NCBI GenBank assembly: GCA_021613535.1
Contig: CP075493.1
Span: forward strand, 8,556,001 to 8,620,000
Reading direction: 5' to 3'
Source of the DNA: Adineta vaga
Taxonomy: Eukaryota > Animalia > Rotifera
Length of the DNA: 64,000 nucleotides
Shown here piece by piece: positions 1 to 19,305 of the stretch. Position numbers and translations under genes: made by a program. Position 1 is the first letter of the stretch. Every line of letters starts with the position of its first letter. A model generated the notes under the pieces. That model worked only from the letters and a program-made list of their open reading frames with translations, did not search any database and was not told the origin of the DNA.

Positions 1-1337
1 TAGCGCATATACGTTCAAGGTTTCTTCTTTACATGGGTACACACACACACTCCAATCTGTCACATACTTTCTAGCTGATGTTGTAGTTAAAGTTACGTAA
101 TGCAGAAGAAGAAAAAAATCGAGAGAAAAAGGAAAAGAAGTGTCAAAAACGATTCGTTGCTTGATGGTTGCTTGTTGAGCAGACGAATGTATTGATGGAC
201 GATGCCGCTAACCGCAAAGAAAGAAAAAGAATTGCGTATTAGAGAGGGAGGGAGTGAGAAAAAAAAATCAAGGAAGAAAGAACTATCATATGAGACAACG
301 ACGAAGAGAATAAAAACAGAAAGAGAACAGTTTCTTCATTAGTAGAAGAGGACGAAGAAAAAAAAATCGTGAAAAGACAAGAAGAAAAAGAAGTTTGCGG
401 TCGACTGTCGAGGCTGTATAGAATAAACATGCTTGCTCAACCCACGCGTCGAAACATACGGTTTTGACGATAGTGATTCGTAACTAATGCAAAGAAACGG
501 AGAGAGAGAAAAAAAATCATATGTTTCATTTTTTTTCTCTTCTTCTTACTCCATGTTGTATATGATACATGGGACAAGGTCGTCGAGACTTTTGTATGTG
601 TTCAAACAAGCAGATTAATTCAATTTCTCTTTTATCAATAATAAAAGAGAGGGAAAAAAGAAGAGAACGTCCTTGTAAGGACATATCTCAAAGTCTAACA
701 ACAAAAAACAAAACTTCTTTGTTTCTTTCTATTTATCTATCTTCGATAACTTTCTTTTATTGACTTTTACTAGTAGTATCAGGACCTTGTCATATCGCCA
801 ACACTATGTTCTATACTGTTCGACTAGGATATATATAACAACCTTGCTGTTCAATATGTGATCTATATAAGCAACGGATCGAACATAAGAGTAAGAGACA
901 GAAAAATGTGTAATTAGCCATAAAACCTTGGTATATACATTGCGACTAAACGATCAATCGATGAAAGAAATTCAAGGATGAATAACGAGTGAAAAAAAAA
1001 CCGAACGAATGAAAGAATGAATGAGAAGGAAAAAAAATTAAAATAACAGTTTTTCTTTTTTTTTTTTGAAAAGCAATTTATTTAGTTGTCATGTCGAGGC
1101 GGTGATGTTGGCTGCTATGATAAAATATACACAGCAACGATAAACGAACAAATACAAAAGAAACATCTGTTGTCTATGTAAACATACCAACAGACAGAAC
1201 TAGTCGATTCTTGCTCGAGAAAATAACAGAGGATTATTGACTAAGCAAACTATCCTAACAACCAATCCTTATGATTATTATACAGGTGATATGAAATCAA
1301 AAACTAATGTTTTTTTCATTGATTCAAACAAACTTAC

Positions 1338-1482
1338 TTGATTTCGATGGCAATGTTGCTATCATTGTTTCTCGAGTAGATTTGCATAATTGTCTTACAT
1401 AATAGGGTAATCGATTTGTCAGAGATACTGACGAATGATTACGAACATTATTGATCTCAGATACAGCTATTGATTGTGCCAT
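1338..1482 (-). CDS. Possible first coding exon of a gene continuing off the left edge of the window
   Basis: ATG at 1482 opens 48 codons (MAQSIAVSEINNVRNHSSVSLTNRLPYYVRQLCKSTRETMIATLPSKS) ending at a strong GTAAGT donor at 1337. No homology recognised. Confidence 0.3.
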
Positions 1483-4400
1483 TGATAAAATGAATATAGT
1501 GATGATCGATGAAGCGCAACTATTGTTTTTGTGTTTTTCTTTATAACAATGTCGTTTTATTCTCGGTAAACAAATGACTGTTTGTTAGTTGACAACATAA
1601 CATAATCTATACGATAGTCATGAAAATAGTCGAAATCAAGGAAGTTAGAAAGAAAAAAAATAAGCGAGAAAAGAAAAAAAGAACCTTCTTTGTTCTCTCT
1701 TTTTACTACTAATTTCTTAATTTAACATATAAAAGAAAAGATACAATTCATCTTTTTTTCTGTTCTTACGGAAGAATAATACTTAGAGAGCATGAACATA
1801 AAGATACGAATAGTATATTATGTATAGATATCATTTGCCTTAGGGAAATAGAAAATAATAATTAGATAAGAAGAAAACTATTGATATAATAATCTACTTT
1901 TTCTAGACATCACTTATTCTTACCTATTGATATAGTATTATTCACCATATCACTTAAAAATTGACTGGATTTGCTTTTGAAAAATCGAAGTAATCCCATG
2001 ATTGATTTGATCTGAAGATTTCCTTCAATAATGGGGTGTATTTATATATGTACACAGATGAGAATAAGAAGCTGAATAATAAAATAGTTTATATTATTCG
2101 AAATGCAAATAGATCTAAAAATTCCCCACATAGACAATATATAGATCAGTTCAAAGTCGAATTATTTCAAGAAACAAAGAATGTACTTACATTCTGATGC
2201 ATTCTTAGCAGTTCGTGGATTAGTTTTGAAAGCATAAATTTACAAGAATTTCTCACGAAAATAACTCAGAATGTTAATTAAAACAGATGGAATAGGATGG
2301 GTCATGTATGATATAGAATAACTTTAGGCTTATCTAATGTTTGTTTTGTTTTCTATATTCATCAATAAGTTCTAAAATATATGTCCGCGTTTGTATATAT
2401 AATTCTACAGGTAACTATCACTCGCTAATCGTATGCTCGTCATGTGTTGCAATTATTTATCTCACCTGTATACGCAAAGGATAAAGAACAAATCTCAAAG
2501 TTCGGATCTCTCAATCTGACTCAATCTATTTGTTTAATATACATAGAAACATCATCGCCTCCACTAAAATATTATCTTCTCATGAGTCAATATGTTGATT
2601 TATGTATAAACAAGTTATACATACCAAATAATGCAATAACGTTTGGGAAATGTTATATTTATGTCGTTTAAGAAAACGGAGAAAGACAGAATGTCGACGT
2701 GAGAATTTTGTTGACGTTTGTTGCAACTCTGATAATTTTTCTTCTTTTTAAGGGAGTTACGTATCGATGGGAAAAAGAAAAGGGAAATGATGTCTTTTTT
2801 TCTCCATCATATGACTCTGAATAAGTCAGGTGTCGTATAGACGAGTCCTCTTTTTATGTCATATGATAAATTTGAGTGGGTTATTCATGCAGGGTGACAT
2901 GAAACACATTATTATTTTATTTTATGGCAATTACCAATCTATCTATTCGATTATTTTGATGTCAAGAAAAACATTCTAGTGAATTTTTTGTTGAAAAATA
3001 TCGGTGAAATTTTATTAGTTACCTGCTTGGAAAAAATCTCGTGTTTGAACTCAATTCTCTCACAGAAAAGAAAAAGATTTATATACGTACGTTGTCTGTG
3101 ACCTCCTCCGTAGAGTACTTTATTTTACCGCCTTGAATAGTCGAGAATACAGAAACGGAAAAAAATATGCACTTTTAAACGTACCTGACAGGAGATGTGA
3201 GAAAGGTATTACTTTCAGGACAAATAAATATTACAAGAGTCATATTTTACATTATAATTGCGTAACACTTTATATTCTTAAACGAAAAGTACATGCTTCA
3301 TGCAAAAAAAAATAAAATGCTCAAGTGTAAGTTCTTCGTCACAAAACATTAAGATAGAGTTTCTTTCACGATAGAAACTATTATCGATATACGTAGATAA
3401 GAAAATATGTTTTATTCAAGTTGGAATGTACTCGAATAAGAATTTTTCAGTCGCAGAATTTTTTAAATTTAACTTAGATTTGATAAATACGCAGATAGAT
3501 ATTAACTACGAGAATAACAATAAGGTATGTATGAGATATTTAATTACGTAATAGATAAAGTTATCTATGTTGTTTTTATTTACAATTTAATTGGTTGTCT
3601 ATACACAAAGTTTGTTATAAAGAATTCTATTAATATAGTATATTTCTAATTTTGATGAATAATTATGTTTATAGACCGGTTGAATTTTTAATAGTAAACT
3701 GAAATATTCCGATCTACTTTCATGTAATTATCTCTCATTGAAAGGTGTATGCATGCATGCATGTGTTCCTTGAATATTTAAAAATGTTTTACTCATATTG
3801 AACAAATTGACCGATTGAACATTCTAGTAGATCACAGTAACAATATCAATTAAATGATCGTTTAACACTATTTTCCAACGTTTTGACATCGGTAAATATC
3901 AAATATATTTTTCAGTGCCATTAGATACGATAATAAAGTACATAAAAATCTTCGAAAACATTCTTCTGCATGCTTCTTCATCAGTAAGATTTCATTTCGA
4001 TTCTTATCTTTATCACATTTGGTACATTGACCAGCACGTGTATATACACGTGATTAGGTTCTCTGAACTTTCTCTTTCTTTCTTTCTTTCTTTCATTAGA
4101 TACATCAAATATGAACGTACAATTATTGATAGATGGATACAAAAGAAACAGTAGTAAGTCTTGATAAAGTAATGAGAACAATGTAATCGATATTACATCA
4201 GAACAATATGATGAACGATTTTATTATATTGGCTTTTACTGGAAAAAAAACTCACATAACATATGTTTAACCAAAGTGCATTCATGTTCACATACGATTG
4301 AAAAAAAGAAGAAGTAGTAGTCATAAAATATTTAATTAATCATGATCTATATAGTAATGCATGAATTACACAAGTTAGTTTAAGAACAAACATGAGTGAA

Positions 4401-4868
4401 CGATAACGTGACATTCGTCTAGAACAAATAATCTACGTTCTTTTTATTAGAAGTAGAACGTGCTTAAAAGCAACATAAGTTTTTAGTAAAGTCATGACGA
4501 GCACCAGGTATAGTCTAGCATCTTCGACAGTACTTTAGAAGGACATCAGTTGAATAAGATTGAAGAGCCAGAGAAAATAGTCTAAGAAAAGAAAACTAAT
4601 ACTACCATATCCAAGGATACAAATCAAACAACTTCTTTCTAGCTAAATATACTAGACAATGCATTTCTGTTATTGAAATGAAAATATGAACTTTTCCAAC
4701 ATTTGTGAAAGAAAAGAAGAGTTGTTTAGACATGTCGAATACGCATTGTGAACGTGTCAACTTATTTTCATTGGAATTTCGTTGATAAAATTGAGAATGA
4801 TTTATTTGATGTAATTACAAAAATATATATATACATAGAAAAATCCTAGCAAAAGTCTGTTCTATAAA

Positions 4869-7800
4869 TTAGACGCTAGTTGTTTCTGCAAAGTCGTTCT
4901 TTTTATGGAGCATTTTCGACGCATGATGTGCCTGAAAAGAGATCAAACATTAGATTTATATTGTATTGAAAACATTCCGTTGAATTTTACCTGTACAAGT
5001 GAAAAACGTTGCAATTCATCGCTATTTACCATAAATCTTGGACTTTGTTCATTTGTATTATGTAATAATTTCGCAAAATTTCGATAACGCTGTGCTGTTG
5101 ATAAATGTTGAGTATGTGGTATATAATATCTAGCAATAGCTTGAGCAAATGTATCGTTTGGTGAAAGTCCTTGATCCGTATTCATTCTCATCAAATGACG
5201 TGATGGTGGACCAGCACTATCACTTGTAATTGTATTTTGACGCTGAAGACGTTGATTTTCTGTAGATGGTTCAGCGGCAAACGTTTCTGCCATGTTTTGT
5301 TTTTGTTGTCGATCAAAATATGTACGAAGAGCAATCTGAATAGAAACGAAAATTGTTTCGATTGTTAGATATTCTATAACTTACTTTCAAAAGATCTAAT
5401 GGAAAAAACCAAATAATATTCCATATCCAAACGATGGCAGCCCATTTCCAGCCACAACCATGTATATGAGTAAAACTCCAATTTGCCCATACGGCGATGA
5501 ATGTTGCAATTAATTGCGCAATAATAAAAGTACCGACTAAGACTATCGATGGTCGTTCAAGAAAAAAGAAACTATGTGAACGAGTAATGAAGATTAATGC
5601 TTGACTAATGGTTGAAACTTGTAAATAAATAATAGAATTTAACATTGGATGATTCCAACCAGGATTTGTATGCAATTGTGATGTATATTGAAAATATTCG
5701 ACACCAAATTTTTCTTGAAAAAATGTTGTTTGAACAGCAACTGTAAAGAAAACAATTGTTGATGCTGCTAAATATGTACCGTATACAATGGCATATGTAA
5801 AGATTTCTGATAAATGCCAACTATTTGGATAGGGAGAAGGTTTTACACGATCTTTCGATATTGTTAATATAGTACCGTCATTTAGAATAGCAAGAATAAG
5901 AATCTAAAGAATATGTCGTCAATTAAAGGTGCGTTTTATCATGATTGAATTACCATAAATGATGGAAAATCAAATTTATAAGCGAAGATCAGAACAGAAA
6001 ATCCAACCAAAATACGAATTGTTATTGAACATGTGTATATAGCATAATTTCGCATACGTTGAAAGATTTGTCTTGAACCAAGAATAGCTATGCAAAATAA
6101 TTTTTTCATATAGAAAATATGTTTATCAGTCAATTGTTCAAATTAGATGATCTAATCCAATTTTAAATGATATTTCCTGTTATTTGATACTTACCATCAA
6201 TAATTACCGATAAACCCGGTTCTGTTAATACAATATCAGCTGCTGATCGTGCCGCATCCGATGCATTTGCAACTGCGACACCAACATTGGCTTTTGCAAG
6301 TGCTGGTGCATCATTTACTCCATCACCAGTCATGGCAACCATATGACCCATTTTTTGTAATCGCTCAACAATTTCGTATTTATGTTCAGGATATACTCCA
6401 GCAAAGCCATCTGCATGTAAAATTAAATCATCAATATCTCGATAATTAGAATCTGATGGTGGTCCTTCTTTAAGTGTTTTTGATAGGAACATATTGTCAC
6501 CAATGCCAAGACGTCGTCCAGTTTCTTTAGCAATTGCTAATTGATCACCAGTTAACATTTTGACTTTCACGCCTAGTAATTTTTATAAATGAATGGTGAA
6601 TAAACTATGATCAATATATCTACCAAGTTGCAAGGCACGTTCAATAGTTTCTTTTGTATCTTCACGTGGCGGATCATAGATTGGTAAAAGACCGATTAGT
6701 TTAAAACCATTTCCTTTGCCATCTTTTTGTCCATCAGATACATCTTCAATTGCTACTGCTAATGCTCGTAAACCACGATCAGCAAATTGATTAACATCAG
6801 TATTTAATTGTTTGATTTGTTCATCCGTTTTATCTCGTGTGCATAAGTCAAGAATAGCATGTGACATGCCTTTACTAATTCGATATACACTTCCATCATT
6901 GACTTGTTTATAAGTAATTTCTGTTCGTTTATCAGTTGGATTAAATCTACAGAAGATCATTCAACAATTTTTATTTTGTCAAGAAAAAAGTTTCTTTTTC
7001 TTACGGTTTAAAATCTAATTCTTCAATACCATCTCGAACTTTATTCTTATCACCGTAGGTTGAAATAACACAATTATCACTAAAATAAACGAAAAAGAAA
7101 AACAGATTGAAATTCACTGTATTACATATTCATTTACATGGCATCAGAATTTTCTGATCGAGAAGCAATTGCTGCATAACGAATAATATCATCATTCTCG
7201 ATATCAGAATATTTTTTGATCGTTTCTTTATCAATAACCAGTTTATTCAATGTTAATGTACCAGTTTTATCCGAACAGAGAATAGTTACAGCAGCGAGTT
7301 CTTCAATAGCTGTCACATGTGTAACAATCGCTTTATGTTCAGAGAGTTGTCTAGCACCAATTGCTAGTGTTACAGATAAAACTGTTGGCATCGCAATTGG
7401 TATGCCACCAATAAGAAGAACAAGTATATTGTTAATACCACGACGATAATCATAATGAAAAGCAGCACTAAATATGATGATAACAGTAGACAAGGAAGAA
7501 AAGAAGAAGAAGAAGAAGAAGAAGCATATTTTAACATACTACATTACGAAAATTTCAGCAATAATAAAGATACTAATTGCAATAATACAGAAGTTACCAA
7601 TTTTAGCAAGAATAGTTTGTAAATGACCAATTTCATCATTAGCACTACCAACTAATTTAGCGGCTCGACCGAAAAATGTATTGAGACCAGTACCAATAAC
7701 TAAAACATAGCAAATTATTATTAAAAATCAAATGTAATCTTTTTCTGTTTGAGATTGATCGAAGACTCTCAATCGATTCATAGAAGAATTCGAAAACATA

Positions 7801-8700
7801 TAAATAAAAATGTTTCTTACTAACCAACTGCTTCTCCTTCGCCCTGTTTACACGTTGAACCAGAAAAAATCTCATCACCAACCTTCTTCTTGACAGGCAA
7901 TGATTCACCAGTTAATGCTGCTTGATCGACCGATACTTCTCCTTGAGCAACTAAATACAAACAATAGTGATTTATTTCTCCTTGTTCTTCTTGAAAAAAA
8001 AACATTTACCAATCAATCGAGCATCGGCTGGTATCATATCACCTAATTTTACTCCAATGATATCTCCTGCAACAAGTTCGGCAGCATCCATAACTTTCCA
8101 TTGACCATTACGTTTAACTTTTGCTTCGGGTGCTAAGGATGCCATTAATGCTTTCACTGCACTTCCAGCATTACGTTGTTCAATAAATCCAATGATCGAA
8201 TTTGCAAGAAGAAGTAAAACTATACCAACAAAATCTTCCCAATCAGGTGCTCGACCGCCACCATTCGATACAGCAATCGCAACTATAGCAGCTGCTTCCA
8301 TAACCCACGAAAGTGGATTCCACATGAACAGAAGAAATTGAATGATAGGATTTTGTGTTTTTTCTTCCAAACGATTATAACCAAACTAAATGAATAAGCA
8401 CTATGAAAATTATTTCTAAATATATTATATATTATTACTTTCTCCAGACGTTCCTTGATTTGATCATCATTTAGACCTTCTCGTTTTGTACTACAAGAAT
8501 TCAAATGATTAATAAATAATACAAAACAAAAACAATCGAAAATCGACATACTCAAGCATTTTAAACACATCACCTTCTTTCATTATTGATAGATCATACT
8601 TTTCTTTATTATACATTTCTTCTACTGTCAAATTTTTCACACCATGTTCTGGTATATCCACATTTGTGGATTTTGAATTCTCATTCATATTTGGTGCCAT
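4869..8700 (-). CDS. PMA1: P-type IIIA plasma-membrane H+-ATPase (fungal/plant type), about 13 exons
   Basis: Spliced exons give [28 protein letters not shown] (M4), CSDKTGTLT (phospho-Asp), [56 protein letters not shown] (M5 Arg) and ILAILNDGT (M6 proton-acceptor Asp). Twelve GT-AG introns join in frame. The last exon 4931-4869 ends FAETTSV*. Confidence 0.95.
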
Positions 8701-10269
8701 AATCTTCGTTATACTGAATTTATTCAATTAAAACTGACAACAGTTCTAGTCTTTCATCGGATAAACAATAGTAAGTTTTAATGATCAGTGAATACCTATG
8801 AAAATATATCTTTCGAAATAAATGAAAAATAAATGCAGTCTAAATCACTCACCGTTATAACGCAGTCTTGTGTTGTACAACACAATATGAAAGAAGAAAG
8901 AACGACGCGATCGAATATATAGATATAGAGAGGAAAGTAAGAACAGAAGAAGCACCAAGTGAACTGTGTTTGTTAGTGTTATAGAAAGGATTCTAAATTT
9001 CCCGCCTATCTATTCTTATACATAATCAAAATATATAGCGTTTATCGTCCGTCACTATGGACAAGACTTTTTTTCAAGTAACGAGAAAGAGTATACAATC
9101 AATTCAACTTGCTTGTGCATAAATTTGTTTCCTTCAAAACAAAAACTAACCGCCTTCATAATAAATCAAAATGATTATCTGTGTGTTGTCTTCCGAAGAA
9201 AAACTTTCAATAAAAGTTTTGTTAACGTTTTATATTGAGATTATCTTTCTTACACATTCATCTGAATGCAAAATTTAATGTATGTATATTCTTCGAGACA
9301 GCGCGCGCTCACACAGCAAAGAAAGAAAAAGAAGGAAAACGAGGAGCGAGAAAGAGAGATGAACGATTAACACCAAAAAAAAGAACACATAGTGGAATCG
9401 AACATATCTAGAGAAAAATGAAGCATGAGAAGTAAATAAAGGAGAACGCAAGAACACCAGAAGAAAACAAACTGAATACATGCACAATGAAAGGTAACAA
9501 ATGACATGTCATCTATGTGTGCATGTGTATGTGACAATATGTTAATAAAGATAGGATTTTCAAAAGAGAAAATCGAACGCGCCATAGTAAAATGAAAACC
9601 AAACAGATCAAATATGAATATAGAATGTGCAAGAGAAACCATCAAATACAGAGACAGAAAAAAGAAAGTCAAAAGAAACAATTTCACTTTAGTTACAAAG
9701 AGAATAAAGAAGAGCACACACTGTTATTTTCAGGCGATATAAAAACGTGTTAGGTCAAGAAAGAATAAATTACGCGAAAATTATTTCAATATGTATTTAT
9801 ATATATATTCATGTGTGCAGAAAAAGAATGAGAATGAAAAGCAACGTTCATCCGTAGATTGAGAAAGATAATAATAATGATGATGATGATGTCGTTCTAA
9901 AATCTACATGTGTGCGCACAGAAGAAACCGAATAGAAGAGAGAAAGATAGAGATTAGAAAAACAAATTATTTATAAGAGCTGATTCTCATGGATGAATTT
10001 CTCACGCCGGAAGAAAATTGAAAATAAATGCCTTAAAGGCATGAGCAACAGCACAGCAGAGAAAACAAGAGACAGAAAAAGAGATCCTAGTTTGTGACTC
10101 ACATCGAAAACACACAGAAATGCAATGTGTGTTGAGTTATTTGATTCATTTGAGGAAAAAAGAAAAAGAAAACAATCACTAAAAAGAACACATCAGACAA
10201 TAAACAAAGACACAAGACAAAAAAAATGAGAGAATGAGAGCGAAAGAAGAAGAGATTAGAAAAAGAAAA

Positions 10270-15523
<5,254 letters not shown>

Positions 15524-18500
15524 TTTTTATACGAAAAAATCAAGTTGATCTCTGTTGAAGGGATATCGAGTATTATCTGCAGTTGAAATCTTGTAATAAC
15601 AAACTAAACTGTTCACCAAGTCATGGAGAATTTGTTTTTCTAATAATCAGGATGGGATATTGATATTAAGAACACATAGTCATCCCATTTGAGAAATGGT
15701 TTCATAATCTAGATCTAGAGAAGAAGAAAAATCAATTGATTAAATCATCAAAAAGAAATTAACTATTCGATTCTTCATCATCATCGTTTTATATTGTTCG
15801 TCAATGATCAAAACATATATACATGCTTATTGTACAGGTGTCGGCCATCTTGAGTACATGTATGTGAACCTCTCGAATGACATACACAGGTGTTTAGTTA
15901 TGAGTTCAATATAATAAACAAACAAGAAAACAAATCAATTTCGACATTATTTCGACATGAATTTGAAACGAAAAGTTCAATCTTACATACATTCAAAAGA
16001 AATAATAATATTAATTGAGTTTGTTGATAGATGGCGCTAGTTTGTTAGATTAACGAAGAAAGAAAAGACAGTGTGTTGTATTGTCTGAACTTTGAAAGTA
16101 TTTGTCATGGAGATTTTAATGAGAACTAAAAATAAGTTTAAGACAGTCTGAGTTGTGTAAAATTACAATTGAAATCTACCTTGATATGTAATCACAACAG
16201 ATATAGACACTGGAAAAAAATGAGACTTGACTAATTCGAAACTACAGGTGAAAAAGAACTCATCTATGATAGATTAAATCAAATTCTTACATATTTTCTT
16301 TCGGGTTATAGTAGTTCATTCCACTAATGGATATTAATAAACACGTTTTGAAGATGAGTTTAATAATTTTATTGGAAAAAAGATCGATGGTGTAGAGACT
16401 TCCGAATGCAGAAAAACTCTTTTTCTTTTTTGTTTTCTAGAACCTTGACAAATTGTTTTTTTCTTAAATGTCAATCTAGCATTATTCCAGTACATAAATA
16501 TACAAGTGTCTTGTTTACAATTAATCTTCCCTATGCATGGAAAGGATACAGAACGAATTGATCTTGTAAATACATGTTGTGAGATGATTGATTGACGATT
16601 CTCTTTTGTTTCTTTTTTTTCTAACATTGTCGAAGTCAATTATATTATTGATGTGATATTGATAATTAAAACAAAAAAAATTTTCCCAAGGTCAAAAACT
16701 AATCAAAATCAATCTATTTAGAATTAGTGCAATGAATTGCGTATAACTTCTACAGCTGTAAGATTGTTTGCACAATTGAGAAATGTCTTGTTATTAATGT
16801 GCAAAAAGATTATTATTCATTATCCATGAATGATTGACAAATGAGTCTGTTCTTGATAGTGGTAAGATAATGTCTATACATCTTTTGTTTTCTATAATAA
16901 AAAGATATCATCATTGTCTCAAATCTATTGAAAAATCCAATAATCTACGATACGAATACTAGAGTTTAAGTTTTTCGGAAAAAGAAATGTTCTCAAGTAC
17001 ATAGTATTCATCCTTTGAACAGCTATTAACAATGTCTCAGTCCTGCTAATTTCAATATTGTTCAGTATTATTTATTACTCATAAAACTCACATGTTTTCA
17101 ATGTATCTATGAAAATAATCTACAAAAGCTTCTTTTTTCTGTTTTTGTATTATACATTCTCTCTATTCAACCCATGTTTTAAAAATTTTGATTAGATGTA
17201 ACAATATGTGAATATTTGGCTGCGGAAATAATGCATATATGTGAAACATTATTGTGAAAAAGTTCTTCAGACAAAATAATCAATCATTTGTCGATAATGA
17301 AAAACGAACGTATACGAACATGCATCATTATAATATACATTCAGTTCGATTGTTTTCTATGTCATAAATAGTGTCACTAAAATGCTAAATAATACATTTA
17401 TGATTTGCTCCAGTCCTTCATTTATATGCAATATAGAGTTGCTAGATGACGACGAATCATCTCATCATATTTGCATTCATTCTGAATAGATTATTTCAAT
17501 GCAGCAATGTCTCATTTGTTTCTATCATATAGTTCATACACTCGTATTTGTTTAGTAATTTAATGTCTTCCTATACAATAAAATTCTATTTACTCTATCA
17601 CCAATGTATGTTCAGTATCGACTACACATAGAAAAATTCACATGCCATCGAAATACAGACGATGTATTTGAGTTTCATACGAATAGAAGCTTTATACATC
17701 GAAAAATTTCTTTTGAAATAATACAAAAACAACAGGTAATATATAAGCAGATGTAATTACAAATCATATTCTTTCTAGAAGAGGAAATGAAATTGTTCTT
17801 TCTTCCTTTTGTAGTAGTTCTTTTTTTGAATAAGAATAGAATAGAAAGACAAAGAAAGAAAGCAAAAAAAATGTCAAGGGTTATGTATCTGTAATAAAAT
17901 AGTTTCTCTTATATTTAAAACACAAAAGAAAAAGATTAAAATATTTCATTTTAATCCCTTAAATATTTGCATCCTTCATTTATTTATTCATTTGAACAAA
18001 TAGGTAGGCATACCATTCGATTCATCGGTTATTTCGTGTCAGTTTTAAGTGTATATCGACTGCGTCTCCTCTTTCATAGAAATAGCATCCATTACTTTTA
18101 TAAGTGCCGTTTCTATAGCATCAAAATATGTAGAAAATAAATGCGACAAAAATTTCTTTTTCTTTTACTTAAGCACCTTATTCATCCAATAATTGTAGAT
18201 GACATATACTTCCAATAAATCGTTCTCTTTCAATGAAATAATGTGAGTTGATTATATTGCAAGAGTAGTATCGTTATTCCAAATAGTTATAAGAAAAAAA
18301 AGCTTAGTTTTTATCGAATAGAATACCAAAAGTAAAGTATTGGTTGTCTATACGTATATATTTATATTTGTCTCAAGTGTGCACGACGGGTTTCTTTGGT
18401 AAGGTTGAATGTTATGTTGAAATGTACACATGAACTGATTGTCTTTGTTTTTTTTACTACTCGATGACACTTACACATTGATTTGCACGTGTAAAGAAAT

Positions 18501-18716
18501 CGTCCGACTATTTAATGTGTTAACTTCTCTATATAGAACATTTGAATGTTCAGTTCACATTTTTTCAAGAATATGTTGCTTAGTTTCCATGAAGCTCCAT
18601 ATGGAGTAAATAAGTTTTATTTGTTCTTCCTAGCAAACATCAGCATTCAAATTCACTATAAGTTCTTTTTTAATTTACTTTCTTATAGAAATATTTCATA
18701 ACGAAAGGGTGACTGC

Positions 18717-19137
18717 AAAGAGCGTCAAAAAGTCGTTTTTTGTAACAGATGTTCCAAAGAAAATGGGTATACCAATATTTTAGTACTCTTTCCATAAAGT
18801 TTTATGTGCTGAGACCTAATTTTTTTCAAAAGATTCGTCTTTTCATGCTCTACAAAATGGTGTATCTTTAATTTATGTAAATGACTTAACATCATTAATT
18901 TCTACAATATCCTTCAAAAGAGCAGTCCAAAGTAAACAGTTTTGCAAAACAATATTTTGGATGATGCATATTTTAGAAAATTAAAGATACACCATTCTGT
19001 AGAGCATGAAAAGACGAATCTTTTGAAAACAAAAATAGGTTTGACTGAATAAGAATTTATGGAAATATTACTAAAATATTGGTATACCCATTTTCTTTGG
19101 AACATCTGTTACAAAAAACGACTTTTTGACGCTCTTT
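18717..19137. mobile_element. MITE-like / foldback inverted-repeat element
   Basis: aaagagcgtcaaaaagtcgttttttgtaacagatgttccaaagaaaatgggtataccaatattttagta from 18717 is the exact reverse complement of the sequence ending at 19137. A second matching block lies at about 18827-18883 / 18968-19024. Arms are about 165 bp around a spacer of about 85 bp, with no ORF of note. Confidence 0.8.
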
Positions 19138-19162
19138 ACTTTTCATCTTATAATGAAGGCAC

Positions 19163-19305
19163 GATGCATTTGAGTGAAATACGAAATATACATTATTGTA
19201 GAGCGTAAGAAGACCTATTTCTTTAAAAAAAATGTGACTCCGGATGGTTTAGTTTTGATAAATATATCAGTAAAATACTGAGAGGTCCATTATTTCTGGA
19301 ACACG
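19163..19305. repeat. Degenerate extra copy of the MITE right arm
   Basis: atgcattt...tgtagagcgtaagaagacc...cagtaaaatactgagaggtccattatttctggaacac is collinear with 18964-19108 (atgcatattt...tgtagagcatgaaaagacg...tactaaaatattggtatacccattttctttggaacatc). Confidence 0.55.

Noticed and set aside
239-4181. Short ORFs in the first 4 kb
   Set aside because: Low-complexity F/L/S/K-rich translations of AG/CT-rich non-coding DNA with no motifs.
9275-9717. Hydrophobic 70-116 aa ORFs resembling membrane proteins
   Set aside because: They are T-rich MARK 3' UTR sequence, so the hydrophobicity is a composition artefact.
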